Source: Escherichia coli (GTDB lineage Bacteria > Pseudomonadota > Gammaproteobacteria > Enterobacterales > Enterobacteriaceae). Taken from it: a DNA stretch of 64,000 nucleotides. Below, in pieces: positions 1 to 10,348 of the stretch (the stretch's first letter is position 1; every line of letters starts with the position of its first letter). The notes under the pieces were generated by a model that saw nothing but the letters and a program-made list of their open reading frames with translations, was not told the origin of the DNA and made no database searches. The position numbers and the translations under genes were made by a program. The stretch lies in NCBI RefSeq assembly GCF_029227855.1, contig NZ_CP074356.1. One strand, given 5' to 3'.

Positions 1-56
1 GTAGATTTAACGAGTGTTCTGCGGCTGATGCCCACCATTTGTTCATTTTTGGACAT
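1..56 (-). CDS. ynfE: N-terminal fragment (cut by window edge) of a Tat-signal molybdoenzyme, YnfE-like
   Basis: The reverse strand has ATG at 56-54, reading MSKNEQMVGISRRTLVKS with a twin-arginine motif. Synteny next to ynfD. Confidence 0.6.
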   Translation of the reverse strand, partial: MSKNEQMVGISRRTLVKS

Positions 57-254
57 AACTCACTCCCTGTTCTTTATCGTTATATAAAAGTTTATATATT
101 GAATATTTAGCGCGCTAACAATAGAGGGAGTCTACCTATTTTGGGTTAAGAATTATTAATCCATATCAATAGAAGGGTATGAGTAATAAGGTGGGATTAT
201 GTTGTATGTTCAAATCGCCGGATGTGTCGTATCCGGCGTGCAGTCGATAATGTG

Positions 255-560
255 TTACTGCGGTTCGGCAGGCGCGCCATCCTGGGTAGACTGCGCGGGA
301 GCAGAGACGTTACCGCTGGTGGTGCGGGTGTAGAGAATTTTATGCGTATCATTAGCGCAATGCCCGACGACCTGGGAATCAGGCTGATCAACCTGGTCAT
401 TGGGTACAATACTTAACGTGAAGCTGCTTTCGGGAACGCCATTATTGATAATGCGCTGTGATATATCGCTCTGTATGCGCTCACAGGATCCCGGCGCGGC
501 GAGTACCGCGGGTGAGGCGAGGGCGAGCAGAAGCGCGGCACAGCAGGTTGAGAGTTTCAT
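255..560 (-). CDS. ynfD: DUF1161 secreted protein YnfD
   Basis: The translation MKLSTCCAALLLALASPAVLAAPGSCERIQ... matches recalled YnfD (101 aa). Signal peptide present. Inner Met of the 255..602 ORF chosen. Confidence 0.9.
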   Translation of the reverse strand: MKLSTCCAALLLALASPAVLAAPGSCERIQSDISQRIINNGVPESSFTLSIVPNDQVDQPDSQVVGHCANDTHKILYTRTTSGNVSAPAQSTQDGAPAEPQ

Positions 561-667
561 CATAAGCTCCTTACGCGAAGATAACTTCTTTAAGCATAGC
601 ATTTAACGTGTAAAGTACTGTATTTGCTACTATGATTGAGAATCATCTCTACTCTCTGGTGACTGTT

Positions 668-1378
668 GTGAAATACAAATTACTGCCATGCTTACTCGCG
701 ATATTCCTCACAGGATGTGACCGAACAGAGGTAACACTTTCATTTACCCCTGAGATGGCCAGTTTCTCTAATGAATTCGATTTTGATCCGCTGCGTGGTC
801 CGGTAAAAGATTTCACTCAGACATTAATGGATGAGCAAGGTGAAGTGACGAAACGTGTTTCGGGGACTTTGTCGGAAGAAGGCTGTTTTGATTCACTCGA
901 ATTACTGGATCTGGAAAATAATACCGTGGTTGCCCTGGTACTGGACGCCAATTATTACCGTGATGCCCAGACACTGGAGAAAAGAGTTCGTTTGCAGGGA
1001 AAATGCCAGCTAGCAGAATTACCTTCTGCCGGGGTGAGTTGGGAAACCGATGATAATGGCTTTGTGATTAAAGCCAGCAGCAAACAGATGCAGATGGAAT
1101 ATCGCTATGATGATCAGGGGTATCCGCTGGGTAAAACCACGAAAAGTAACGACAAAACATTATCTGTTAGCGCCACGCCATCAACGGACCCGATCAAAAA
1201 ATTAGATTACACAGCGGTTACTTTACTGAATAATCAAAGAGTTGGTAATGTAAAACAGAGCTGTGAATATGACAGTCACGCCAATCCGGTGGACTGTCAG
1301 CTAATCATTGTTGATGAAGGAGTAAAACCCGCCATCGAACGGGTTTACACCATCAAAAATACTATCGATTATTATTAA
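668..1378 (+). CDS. ynfC: UPF0257 lipoprotein YnfC
   Basis: A GTG start gives (M)KYKLLPCLLAIFLTGC with a lipobox. The 236-aa length matches recalled YnfC. Confidence 0.9.
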   Translation: MKYKLLPCLLAIFLTGCDRTEVTLSFTPEMASFSNEFDFDPLRGPVKDFTQTLMDEQGEVTKRVSGTLSEEGCFDSLELLDLENNTVVALVLDANYYRDAQTLEKRVRLQGKCQLAELPSAGVSWETDDNGFVIKASSKQMQMEYRYDDQGYPLGKTTKSNDKTLSVSATPSTDPIKKLDYTAVTLLNNQRVGNVKQSCEYDSHANPVDCQLIIVDEGVKPAIERVYTIKNTIDYY

Positions 1379-1380
1379 TG

Positions 1381-1941
1381 CTATTGTGCGGTCGGCTTCA
1401 GGAGAGTCTGACCCGGTGTTTTGTGCTCTGCCAGATACTGATGCTGGAATATGCACATGCGAATGGCATTCCGATATTGACCATTAATAAAGAACTCATG
1501 CATCAATTCACCTTCAACCGTAAAGCCAAGCTTGCGGTAAATGTGAATCGCTTTTTCATTCTCTTTATCGACGATCAGATACAGCTTATAGAGATTGAGA
1601 ACGGTGAAGCCATAGTCCATTGCTAATTTTGCGGCACGCGTTGCCAGACCTTTCCCCTGATATTCCGGGGAGATAATTATCTGAAATTCTGCGCGGCGAT
1701 GAACATGGTTAATTTCCACCAGCTCCACCAGACCGGCTTTTTCGCCGTCACATTCCACCACAAAGCGCCGTTCGCTCTGATCGTGAATATGCTTATCGTA
1801 CAGATCAGAGAGTTCAACAAAGGCTTCGTAGGGTTCCTCAAACCAGTAACGCATCACACTGGCGTTATTGTCGAGTTGATGTACATAGCGTAAATCTTCA
1901 CGCTCCAGCGGGCGTAGCTTAACACTGTGGGCGCTTGGCAT
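1381..1941 (-). CDS. speG: spermidine N1-acetyltransferase
   Basis: 186 aa, [39 protein letters not shown]... GNAT family. Recalled SpeG sequence. Confidence 0.95.
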   Translation of the reverse strand: MPSAHSVKLRPLEREDLRYVHQLDNNASVMRYWFEEPYEAFVELSDLYDKHIHDQSERRFVVECDGEKAGLVELVEINHVHRRAEFQIIISPEYQGKGLATRAAKLAMDYGFTVLNLYKLYLIVDKENEKAIHIYRKLGFTVEGELMHEFFINGQYRNAIRMCIFQHQYLAEHKTPGQTLLKPTAQ

Positions 1942-1975
1942 AACGTGTCCTTACATTCCTTAAATCAATAACAGG

Positions 1976-2317
1976 TTAGGGGGTAATAACGCGGCCAGTT
2001 CGACGATCCAGGCAGCGCAAAGTATTTGGCTCCCAGTAGGCATTGATGTTGGCGCTTTGCTCACATTTATCGCGGTTATCAAAAGCGGCGTCGGCTTTAT
2101 CCCACTCTTTTTCAGTGCGTTTATTCACTTTCTGGCGCAGATTGCGCGTGTCATTCCATTGCTCTTTTTCCATCGCGGCGTGCTGGCGGCTTTGTGCACT
2201 GTCGCCAGACTCAATCACCAGTTTGTTAGTTTCGGCATGAATAGTTGTGCTCAATGCCAGTGCGCAAGGCAGCAGAAAAGCGAGCAGGCCAATTCGTTTG
2301 CTGAGAGTAATTTTCAT
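1976..2317 (-). CDS. ynfB: UPF0482 secreted protein YnfB
   Basis: 113 aa with a signal peptide, [23 protein letters not shown]... Synteny with speG/ynfA. Confidence 0.9.
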   Translation of the reverse strand: MKITLSKRIGLLAFLLPCALALSTTIHAETNKLVIESGDSAQSRQHAAMEKEQWNDTRNLRQKVNKRTEKEWDKADAAFDNRDKCEQSANINAYWEPNTLRCLDRRTGRVITP

Positions 2318-2451
2318 AATTCATTCCCTGTATGAATGATTAAAGGTGATTCTACACCATCCACTGCGAACGCAAAACGTACCAGGAGGATGTTTATATT
2401 GATGATATTATGTCGCCCTATAACTATACATGATGTCAATAAGTGACAAAG

Positions 2452-2778
2452 ATGATTAAAACAACGTTACTATTTTTTGCTACTGCGCTGTGTGAAATTA
2501 TTGGATGCTTTCTGCCCTGGTTGTGGTTAAAACGAAACGCCAGTATCTGGCTGTTGCTTCCGGCGGGGATTTCTCTGGCACTGTTTGTCTGGTTGTTAAC
2601 GTTGCATCCTGCGGCGAGTGGGCGTGTTTACGCGGCTTATGGTGGCGTTTATGTCTGCACGGCGTTGATTTGGCTGCGCGTTGTGGATGGCGTGAAACTG
2701 AGTCTTTATGACTGGACGGGGGCGTTGATTGCGCTTTGCGGCATGTTGATCATTGTTGCGGGCTGGGGGCGCGCGTAA
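2452..2778 (+). CDS. ynfA: UPF0060 inner membrane protein YnfA
   Basis: 108 aa, [28 protein letters not shown], four hydrophobic segments. Confidence 0.9.
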
Positions 2779-2982
2779 GGACATAAATCCATTTTATCAA
2801 TAAGATACGAGGAAGTGTCAGCTGACAAAAGGTATTCTATTTCATCTTTTGTCAACCATTCACGACGCAAATATACGCCTTTTTTTGTGATCACTCCGGT
2901 TTTTTTGATCTTCATACTTGTATGGTAGTAGCTCAGTTGCGTAGATTTCATGCATCACGACAAGCGATGCAAGGAATCGAAC

Positions 2983-4197
2983 ATGAAGATCGTAAAGGCT
3001 GAAGTTTTTGTTACCTGTCCGGGGCGTAATTTCGTCACATTAAAAATCACTACTGAGGACGGTATTACGGGCCTTGGGGATGCCACCCTCAATGGACGTG
3101 AGCTTTCCGTGGCCTCTTATTTGCAGGATCACCTTTGTCCGCAGCTTATTGGTCGCGATGCGCACCGTATCGAAGATATCTGGCAGTTTTTCTATAAAGG
3201 TGCTTACTGGCGTCGCGGCCCGGTGACGATGTCGGCCATTTCAGCGGTTGATATGGCGCTGTGGGATATTAAAGCCAAAGCTGCCAACATGCCGCTTTAC
3301 CAGTTACTCGGCGGCGCGTCTCGTGAAGGGGTGATGGTTTATTGCCATACCACCGGTCACAGTATTGATGAAGCTCTGGATGATTATGCCCGTCATCAGG
3401 AGCTGGGATTCAAAGCCATCCGCGTGCAGTGCGGAATCCCTGGTATGAAAACCACATACGGCATGTCGAAAGGTAAAGGTCTGGCTTATGAACCCGCAAC
3501 CAAAGGACAGTGGCCGGAAGAGCAGCTGTGGTCGACGGAGAAATACCTCGATTTCATGCCGAAATTGTTTGACGCGGTACGTAACAAGTTTGGTTTTAAT
3601 GAACATTTGCTGCATGACATGCACCATCGCTTAACGCCTATTGAAGCGGCGCGCTTTGGTAAAAGCATTGAAGATTATCGCATGTTCTGGATGGAAGACC
3701 CGACGCCTGCGGAAAACCAGGAATGCTTCCGTCTCATTCGCCAACATACCGTCACACCCATCGCGGTGGGTGAAGTCTTCAACAGCATCTGGGACTGCAA
3801 GCAACTGATTGAAGAGCAACTTATCGATTATATCCGCACTACGCTGACCCACGCGGGTGGCATTACCGGTATGCGCCGGATTGCCGATTTTGCTTCGCTG
3901 TATCAGGTACGTACTGGCTCACACGGTCCTTCCGATTTGTCACCAGTCTGCATGGCTGCGGCGCTGCACTTTGATCTGTGGGTCCCCAATTTCGGTGTCC
4001 AGGAATACATGGGTTATTCCGAACAAATGCTCGAAGTCTTCCCGCACAACTGGACTTTCGATAACGGCTATATGCATCCGGGAGACAAACCGGGTCTTGG
4101 CATCGAATTCGATGAAAAGCTGGCGGCGAAATATCCCTATGAATCTGCTTATCTACCAGTCGCACGTCTGGAAGATGGCACGCTGTGGAACTGGTAA
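2983..4197 (+). CDS. rspA: starvation-sensing protein RspA (enolase-superfamily mannonate dehydratase-like)
   Basis: 404 aa, [40 protein letters not shown]... Recalled RspA. Confidence 0.95.
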   Translation: MKIVKAEVFVTCPGRNFVTLKITTEDGITGLGDATLNGRELSVASYLQDHLCPQLIGRDAHRIEDIWQFFYKGAYWRRGPVTMSAISAVDMALWDIKAKAANMPLYQLLGGASREGVMVYCHTTGHSIDEALDDYARHQELGFKAIRVQCGIPGMKTTYGMSKGKGLAYEPATKGQWPEEQLWSTEKYLDFMPKLFDAVRNKFGFNEHLLHDMHHRLTPIEAARFGKSIEDYRMFWMEDPTPAENQECFRLIRQHTVTPIAVGEVFNSIWDCKQLIEEQLIDYIRTTLTHAGGITGMRRIADFASLYQVRTGSHGPSDLSPVCMAAALHFDLWVPNFGVQEYMGYSEQMLEVFPHNWTFDNGYMHPGDKPGLGIEFDEKLAAKYPYESAYLPVARLEDGTLWNW

Positions 4198-4208
4198 GGA
4201 GTAAGATA

Positions 4209-5228
4209 ATGAAAAGCATTTTAATTGAAAAACCGAATCAACTGGCAATTATCGAACGCGAAATACCTACCCCGTCAGCGGGTGAAGTACGAGTAAAAGT
4301 GAAACTTGCCGGAATTTGTGGTTCAGATAGCCATATTTATCGTGGGCATAATCCTTTTGCGAAATATCCGCGCGTCATTGGACATGAATTTTTTGGCGTC
4401 ATTGATGCAGTGGGTGAAGGCGTGGAAAGCGCCAGAGTCGGTGAACGCGTTGCTGTCGATCCGGTGGTCAGCTGTGGGCATTGCTATCCGTGCTCTATAG
4501 GTAAGCCGAACGTTTGTACAACACTGGCTGTATTAGGTGTGCACGCTGACGGTGGTTTCAGTGAATATGCCGTGGTTCCGGCAAAAAATGCGTGGAAAAT
4601 TCCTGAAGCAGTGGCCGATCAATATGCGGTGATGATCGAACCTTTTACCATTGCGGCGAACGTAACCGGTCATGGTCAACCGACTGAAAATGATACCGTT
4701 CTGGTTTACGGTGCCGGTCCAATCGGCCTGACGATCGTTCAGGTATTAAAAGGCGTCTATAACGTTAAAAATGTGATTGTTGCCGATCGCATTGATGAAC
4801 GACTGGAAAAAGCGAAAGAGAGCGGGGCTGACTGGGCGATTAATAACAGCCAGACACCGCTTGGCGAGATTTTCGCTGAAAAAGGCATAAAGCCGACATT
4901 AATTATCGATGCGGCTTGTCATCCTTCTATCCTGAAAGAGGCCGTAATTCTGGCTTCTCCAGCGGCACGTATTGTATTGATGGGCTTCTCCAGTGAACCG
5001 TCTGAAGTGATTCAGCAAGGAATTACCGGAAAAGAACTCTCTATTTTCTCTTCACGCTTAAATGCAAATAAATTCCCGGTCGTTATCGACTGGTTAAGTA
5101 AAGGGTTAATTAAACCAGAAAAATTAATTACCCATACGTTTGATTTCCAGCATGTTGCTGATGCCATTAGTTTATTTGAACAGGATCAAAAACATTGCTG
5201 CAAAGTCTTACTCACTTTTTCTGAATAA
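4209..5228 (+). CDS. rspB: starvation-sensing protein RspB (Zn-dependent alcohol dehydrogenase family)
   Basis: 339 aa, MKSILIEKPNQLAIIEREIPTPSAGEVRVKVKLAGICGSDSHIYRGHNP... GHE and GxGxxG motifs present. Confidence 0.95.
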   Translation: MKSILIEKPNQLAIIEREIPTPSAGEVRVKVKLAGICGSDSHIYRGHNPFAKYPRVIGHEFFGVIDAVGEGVESARVGERVAVDPVVSCGHCYPCSIGKPNVCTTLAVLGVHADGGFSEYAVVPAKNAWKIPEAVADQYAVMIEPFTIAANVTGHGQPTENDTVLVYGAGPIGLTIVQVLKGVYNVKNVIVADRIDERLEKAKESGADWAINNSQTPLGEIFAEKGIKPTLIIDAACHPSILKEAVILASPAARIVLMGFSSEPSEVIQQGITGKELSIFSSRLNANKFPVVIDWLSKGLIKPEKLITHTFDFQHVADAISLFEQDQKHCCKVLLTFSE

Positions 5229-5285
5229 TACCAATAACGGCGAATAAGTAGTACGCATCTTACCTCTTTTTTAGAGATAACCATT

Positions 5286-5414
5286 ATGACAATAGAAAAA
5301 CACGAAAGAAGCACTAAGGATTTGGTGAAAGCAGCAGTATCGGGATGGCTGGGCACTGCGCTTGAATTTATGGATTTCAAGAGTCATACGTGTCAACTAT
5401 TTGATAAATATTAA
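5286..5414 (+). pseudogene. ydfJ: 5-prime fragment of MFS (MHS-type) transporter gene ydfJ, interrupted by the prophage
   Basis: MTIEKHERSTKDLVKAAVSGWLGTALEFMDF is followed by phage-derived codons and a stop at 5412-5414. The reading frame resumes at 52148 (MDFQLYSLGAA...). Confidence 0.85.
5368..5378. repeat. attL core (TTATGGATTTC)
   Basis: An identical 11-mer occurs at 52146-52156. Both copies lie at the break points of ydfJ. Confidence 0.8.
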
Positions 5415-5415
5415 A

Positions 5416-6696
5416 TTAATTTTTCATTGCTTCGTTATGGGGCATGGTTGGGGCAAACTCGCTTAACTGTGTATTTAACAAAGCTACCTGTGCATTATTG
5501 TTTTCAGACATCCATTTTCCGTATACCTGAAATACCATTTGCGCATCTGCATGGCCCATCTGGTTTGCTATAAATGCCGGGTTAGCACCAGCTGTCAGCG
5601 ACCAGCAGGCATAAGTATGTCTCGACTGATATGATTTTCGATGGCGGAGTCCGGCACGTTTTATCGCTGCGTCCCACATCTGCCTTATTGAGTCAACGGT
5701 AAAATGGTCACCATAATTTTTTACTCTCGCTGACACTTCAGGTTGAAAAACAAAGGTGCATTTTTGTTTTTCTGTTCTGCCATACTCTCTGAGGTGAACA
5801 TCAATGATATGCTCTTTGCTCAGTCTCGTTAATGTCATCTGACTCCGGAGAGCGTCGATTGCTGGCTTAATAAGATGAATGACCCGATTGGTTCCCGCCT
5901 GTGTTTTTGGTACCGTGAAACGGTCTTTTGCTAAATTTCTCCTGATCATCATTGTTCCATTTTTCAGATCTATGTCCTCCCATCCAAGTGCACACAGCTC
6001 ACCAGGGCGAACGCCAGTATAAACAGAAACACACCATAAATTTTTTGCTTGCTGATTTCTGCACGCATCGATAAGACGGATAAATTCCTCCCGCGAAAGA
6101 GGATCCGGAATGGTTCTTGATTCCTTTAATGGCGAGATCCCCTTAAACGGATTATCTGGCAGGTAACCGTTATCAACACCAAACTGGAACACGGCGTTAA
6201 GATTTGTCATGTAATTATTTACAGTTACAGCCGATCTCCCTGGTTGTGTAACAATATAGTTACTTTTGGGGATCTGGTATCCAGTCAGTAGCTCTTTACG
6301 AACCTCCAGTAATTTTTCTTTATTAATCGATGAGGCAAGATTTTTTTCACCGATTATGCTCAGGATATTTTTGATGACGGCACGGTATGTGTTGAGTGAT
6401 GTTTTGGCGACTTCAGTTTCTTTCAGTGCCAGAAATTTTTCAGCCAGTTCTTTTATGGTTAAATCTTGTCGGGCCTCACCAAATTTTTCCAGATTGCGTG
6501 AGGAGGGAAACTGTTTTGCATAGTCGAAAACACCAGTTTTTATTGCGTAACAAACAGAGGCGCGTAGTTCACCTGCAACGCGCCTGTTTTTTGCTGTGTC
6601 AGGAACCCCCAGATTTTCCCTGACTCTTACGCCTTTATAAACAAACCAGATACGTAATTTCCCTCCATGGTTTTCCACGCCTGTCGGATATTTCAT
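5416..6696 (-). CDS. intQ: tyrosine integrase (IntQ-like)
   Basis: MKYPTGVENHGGKLRIWFVYKGVRVRENLGVPDTAKNR... The C-terminus has the R...HxxR...Y context (SRHTYACWSL, MGHADAQMVFQVYGKW). Adjacent to attL. Confidence 0.9.
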   Translation of the reverse strand: MKYPTGVENHGGKLRIWFVYKGVRVRENLGVPDTAKNRRVAGELRASVCYAIKTGVFDYAKQFPSSRNLEKFGEARQDLTIKELAEKFLALKETEVAKTSLNTYRAVIKNILSIIGEKNLASSINKEKLLEVRKELLTGYQIPKSNYIVTQPGRSAVTVNNYMTNLNAVFQFGVDNGYLPDNPFKGISPLKESRTIPDPLSREEFIRLIDACRNQQAKNLWCVSVYTGVRPGELCALGWEDIDLKNGTMMIRRNLAKDRFTVPKTQAGTNRVIHLIKPAIDALRSQMTLTRLSKEHIIDVHLREYGRTEKQKCTFVFQPEVSARVKNYGDHFTVDSIRQMWDAAIKRAGLRHRKSYQSRHTYACWSLTAGANPAFIANQMGHADAQMVFQVYGKWMSENNNAQVALLNTQLSEFAPTMPHNEAMKN

Positions 6697-6730
6697 TTCA
6701 ACCTCTCTCATTAGTTAGTGTGGCTTTTAG

Positions 6731-6982
6731 TCAAGTAAGATGACGTCTTGGTCTCGCTGATGCCTGGCGCTCAATCCAGCGATCAATTTCTTCCAGGTTG
6801 TAAAAGCATGGACTGTTATCCCATGGCATACCGTCATGAGCGACATGCTTATATTCCCTTCCTTCCATAAACGATTTTTCCCGGGCCTTTTTTAACGTAC
6901 CTTTTTTTATTCCTTTCAGCGCAATTAACTGCTCTTCGGATACCCATTTGCCGGGAGAGACAATCATGATTACTTCGCTCAT
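6731..6982 (-). CDS. xis: excisionase-like protein (DUF1233 type)
   Basis: 83-aa ORF immediately upstream of int on the same strand. Sequence recalled from putative excisionases of EHEC lambdoid prophages. Confidence 0.6.
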   Translation of the reverse strand: MSEVIMIVSPGKWVSEEQLIALKGIKKGTLKKAREKSFMEGREYKHVAHDGMPWDNSPCFYNLEEIDRWIERQASARPRRHLT

Positions 6983-7054
6983 CGATTTCTTTATCTCTTA
7001 CATCAGACGAGCGCCGGTTGCAGAATACCAGTCACAACCGGCGACAGTTGAACA

Positions 7055-9526
7055 TTAAGAATCAGCCTGACTCGGGATCAGTTTTTGCCAGATAACTGAA
7101 ACGTATTTTGCCTGGTAACGGGCGTCATCAAGTGCATTATGCCGCTCACCTTCGAATGGAATAGCCGTTCTGGCATCGAAGTCTATGGCTTTCCCCAGCT
7201 CAACGATTGTGCGTACATCGCGATCGTTGTAGTAACGCCACGGGCAGGGGATCCCCTGCCGTTCGTATGAACGGCGCAAAATCGTGTTGTCGAAGTTGGC
7301 TCCATTTCCCCAGACCTGAACAAAAAATTCACCGGAGTTTTCGTCGATAAATTCCCGCAATTGTAACAGTGCATCATCTAACGGGATTTCATCGGTCATA
7401 ATGGCAGACTGCGCTTCACGTGATTGCTTCAGCCACCATTTAATGACGTCACGATCAATGACTCCGCCAGCAGTATTCAGATCTATGGTCTTGCTAAATT
7501 CCGGTCCCATATCTCCGGTTTGTGGATCGAAAAATATTGCGCCTATTGAGATAATCGGGGCATCAGGATTTTTTCCCATGGTTTCAAGGTCGATCATTAG
7601 ATGGTCACACGTCCTGCTGGTGGATGTGATAACGTGATGACCGTTCACCGTAATTAAGGGATCTGCCGTCTCGCCAGTTTCACTATCGCTGGCGTGGTCC
7701 TGAGCGCTGCCAGCATTCTCCTTGTGTGGATGTTCAGCGCCTTCCATTTTCTCCGAATCGTCTTCCTGAACTTCAACCTGGTTCTTGTCATCGAATGTTT
7801 CCTGGTATGTTGCGTCGCCCATCACCGCACCACATTCAGGGCAGTTGCCGCCGCCGGTCTGACCGTAGGCGGTGCAGATTTTTTCCGCTTCCTGTTGCGC
7901 TACTGGCTCAGGTTGTTTCGTTTCTGGCTCGTTTTGTAACGCATTTGGGCTGTTTTGTTCCGCTTTCTGGTCGTTCTGTTCCGTTTCTTGCTGGTTCTGG
8001 TTCACTGAATCGCGGGTTTCAATCCCCTTCACCCATTTCGGATCATTCGGATCGCTAATCCCTGCAACAAATTCACCACGTGATACAGCAAGCAACTGAT
8101 TGGCGTCAGGCTGGCTGATATTGGCTGCCTGCATAATTTTGTTTACTTCGTCAGCGGTAATTTTTACCGGCTCTGGTTGTGCGGTCGTGTCAGATGCACC
8201 AGTATTTTGTTGTGAACCTGAGTATGTACCGTTTTTGCGGGCGAAATATTCTTCTTTCGTGATTTCAGTAGCCCCGGCAGCCAGCGCCTTATCCAGACCA
8301 GAAAGTTTGTTTGCGCGACCGTATTTTTCGCCATCCTTGTCGGTAAAGAGGAAGTAGAACGGCCCCTCACGCTCTACAGATGGTTCGACTTCCACTTTGC
8401 ATTCAGTTTTTTCGTTGCCCGGAATTGCCGTTTCCACTGCATCAGTTTCTGGTACTGGCGACGAGAGAGTATCAGTTGCGCTCTGATTTGTTCCTTCATC
8501 TTCAAACACGCCCTTTGTAGTCAGGTATTTAGTAATGTATTTGTTCAGTGCCACAGGGTCTTTGTGAATGTCGATCGGACGTTCACGGACAAGGCCAAAA
8601 ATAGTCTGGCGGTCGTAGCGAAGGGCATCAGGCTGTTTGCGCATTGATGCCGAGATACGCTTCCAGTCTTCGCGGTCGTTGTCGATAACTTCATTTTTTG
8701 CCCAGCGATGGATGCTGCCGTCAATGTTTCCGGCATCCACATCACCAGGCCAGAGAGCGTAGGCCAGTTCGTCATCCAGTGTTTTCCATGTCTGCTTGTA
8801 TTCGCGATGAGTGGCAGCAATGACCGGGTTGATTTTTCCTGTTGAATTTTCAGTGTGCTGTTGATTGGCTCTGGCGCGGGCGAGATCAACAACAGACGTG
8901 TATTTTCCGGTTTCCTTGCGTTCATTTTCGCGACGTTTTTTCCAGATGCGCATCTCTGCCTGAATTTCGGGCCATTTAGCTCCAGGATTACATTTATGTT
9001 TAACCCACCCGATGGCATGCAGCTTAAGCTCCGGATACATGGCGTTAACTTCTGGCATTTTCATCAACGCTTCAACGATATGTCCGTCGAATGTTGCCAT
9101 GTCTTCCTGCAACAATTCCTGCGCGCTAATCACCATATCAACGGTGATGTTTTCACATGTGTCGAACTTAACCATGACAGCGTTCTGTACTTCAGGGGCC
9201 AGCTTGTCAAAAGTGACGTTCATCGGATCTGATTCAGTCTCAACCGGGACAAAGGAAGCAGACTCCTCATCCCAGCGGTTTTCCTGCATATATTCAGCAT
9301 CCCAGGAATCGAGGGCAGGGCGGGGTATACCGGGTTTATCCTCGCAAACAAGAAATTTATAAGCGCAGTCCTGAGCAACCGGATAATGTTCCAGGAATTG
9401 CCAGTGAAATTTTGCGCGGGCGCGACGTTCATCACCGGCTTCAATGGCAGTGGCTACAGCGATTGCACCTTCTTCCTTTATTGCCTGTTCGTCCGGAATG
9501 GCGGCGCAAATAAAGACTTTACTCAT
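7055..9526 (-). CDS. ydfE: large early protein with a C-terminal DEDDh 3-prime-5-prime exonuclease domain (intact version of K-12 YdfE)
   Basis: The N-terminus MSKVFICAAIPDE...RARAKFHWQFLEHYP matches recalled YdfE. The C-terminal motifs are LMIDLETMG, WGNGANFD and HNALDDARY. The central region is acidic and Q-rich, with CPECG. Confidence 0.8.
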   Translation of the reverse strand: MSKVFICAAIPDEQAIKEEGAIAVATAIEAGDERRARAKFHWQFLEHYPVAQDCAYKFLVCEDKPGIPRPALDSWDAEYMQENRWDEESASFVPVETESDPMNVTFDKLAPEVQNAVMVKFDTCENITVDMVISAQELLQEDMATFDGHIVEALMKMPEVNAMYPELKLHAIGWVKHKCNPGAKWPEIQAEMRIWKKRRENERKETGKYTSVVDLARARANQQHTENSTGKINPVIAATHREYKQTWKTLDDELAYALWPGDVDAGNIDGSIHRWAKNEVIDNDREDWKRISASMRKQPDALRYDRQTIFGLVRERPIDIHKDPVALNKYITKYLTTKGVFEDEGTNQSATDTLSSPVPETDAVETAIPGNEKTECKVEVEPSVEREGPFYFLFTDKDGEKYGRANKLSGLDKALAAGATEITKEEYFARKNGTYSGSQQNTGASDTTAQPEPVKITADEVNKIMQAANISQPDANQLLAVSRGEFVAGISDPNDPKWVKGIETRDSVNQNQQETEQNDQKAEQNSPNALQNEPETKQPEPVAQQEAEKICTAYGQTGGGNCPECGAVMGDATYQETFDDKNQVEVQEDDSEKMEGAEHPHKENAGSAQDHASDSETGETADPLITVNGHHVITSTSRTCDHLMIDLETMGKNPDAPIISIGAIFFDPQTGDMGPEFSKTIDLNTAGGVIDRDVIKWWLKQSREAQSAIMTDEIPLDDALLQLREFIDENSGEFFVQVWGNGANFDNTILRRSYERQGIPCPWRYYNDRDVRTIVELGKAIDFDARTAIPFEGERHNALDDARYQAKYVSVIWQKLIPSQADS

Positions 9527-9619
9527 TTTGTTTTAACCTCATGACAGATTTAAGGGTGAACAAATCCCTGCCATTGCTGGCATATAAGAATGAAATCGGA
9601 TGTTTATTACGGAACTGTT

Positions 9620-9811
9620 TTAAAGACCTGCCGGGATTTCGTTATTATCCTGGTGAATAACTTTATCGACAGGGTAACAGTTACCGGGAATTTTCTGTTC
9701 GGTTGCTGCAGTCACACACTCCTGCATTGTCCTGTGAACACTGACTGCAATATCAACTGGTTCTCCGGAAACAAGAAAAACTGTCAGAACAAGTGCAAAT
9801 GCTGTATTCAT
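9620..9811 (-). CDS. ydfD: small secreted/membrane lysis protein YdfD
   Basis: MNTAFALVLTVFLVSGEPVDIAVSVHRTMQECVTAATEQKIPGNCYPVDKVIHQDN.. matches recalled YdfD (63 aa). ATGA overlap with the dicB stop. Confidence 0.8.
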   Translation of the reverse strand: MNTAFALVLTVFLVSGEPVDIAVSVHRTMQECVTAATEQKIPGNCYPVDKVIHQDNNEIPAGL

Positions 9812-9996
9812 TGCCAGCATCCTTTTTGTATCGGACGTAAACGGGCCAGCATTGAAAGAATGCATACTTTATTTAATAGCTCCCGTTCTTGTTTTCTCTT
9901 GTTAATGGCATCTTCAGTAAATACTGGGTTACTGATAGTGACACCAATTTCAAAACAACCTTCAGACGTATTAACGTTTGGTAATAACGTTTTCAT
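9808..9996 (-). CDS. dicB: cell division inhibitor DicB
   Basis: 62 aa, MKTLLPNVNTSEGCFEIGVTISNPVFTEDAINKRKQERELLNK... Recalled DicB. Confidence 0.9.
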   Translation of the reverse strand: MKTLLPNVNTSEGCFEIGVTISNPVFTEDAINKRKQERELLNKVCILSMLARLRPIQKGCWQ

Positions 9997-10165
9997 TATC
10001 GCGTCCTCAACAATGAATTTTGTGATGCAGTGCCTGGTGCCTCCAGGTGACGTTAACCAGTTAACAATTAACGTCGGATACAGAGAATCCACCCATAACA
10101 CTGTTTTTGGTTTTAACTGTTCCGCGTGCGCTCAGCCGCATTCACCGCATCACAAAATTCACTTT

Positions 10166-10223
10166 AAAAACGGCGGCAGAGCAGTCACGGAGTAAAACTG
10201 ATACCGCTAAACGTCACCAGAAA
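10166..10223 (-). ncRNA. dicF: DicF antisense sRNA (ftsZ inhibitor)
   Basis: The reverse strand reads TTTCTGGTGACGTTTAGCGGTATCAGTTTTACTCCGTGACTGCTCTGCCGCCGTTTTT, near-identical to recalled DicF including its terminator. Located upstream of dicB. Confidence 0.85.
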
Positions 10224-10348
10224 ATTGATAACAGAGGGCGTTGCAGCGGGGTTGTCACTTAAGCGTATGGTCAACCTGACAACCCGGTGTCCTCAACGGG
10301 GAAGGAATAACCCCGCCATACTTACCGCCGCGCCATTTCGCGGGTTGC

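Noticed and set aside
2706-2951. 81-aa minus-strand ORF between ynfA and rspA
   Set aside because: It lies in the rspA promoter region and overlaps the 3-prime end of ynfA. It has no SD, and I recall no gene annotated here in K-12.
9590-10195. 201-aa plus-strand ORF opposite ydfD, dicB and dicF
   Set aside because: It overlaps three well-recognised minus-strand features and its product is Cys/Asn/Phe-rich and implausible. This contrasts with 10501-10821, which I kept as a finding because of its clean TM pattern.
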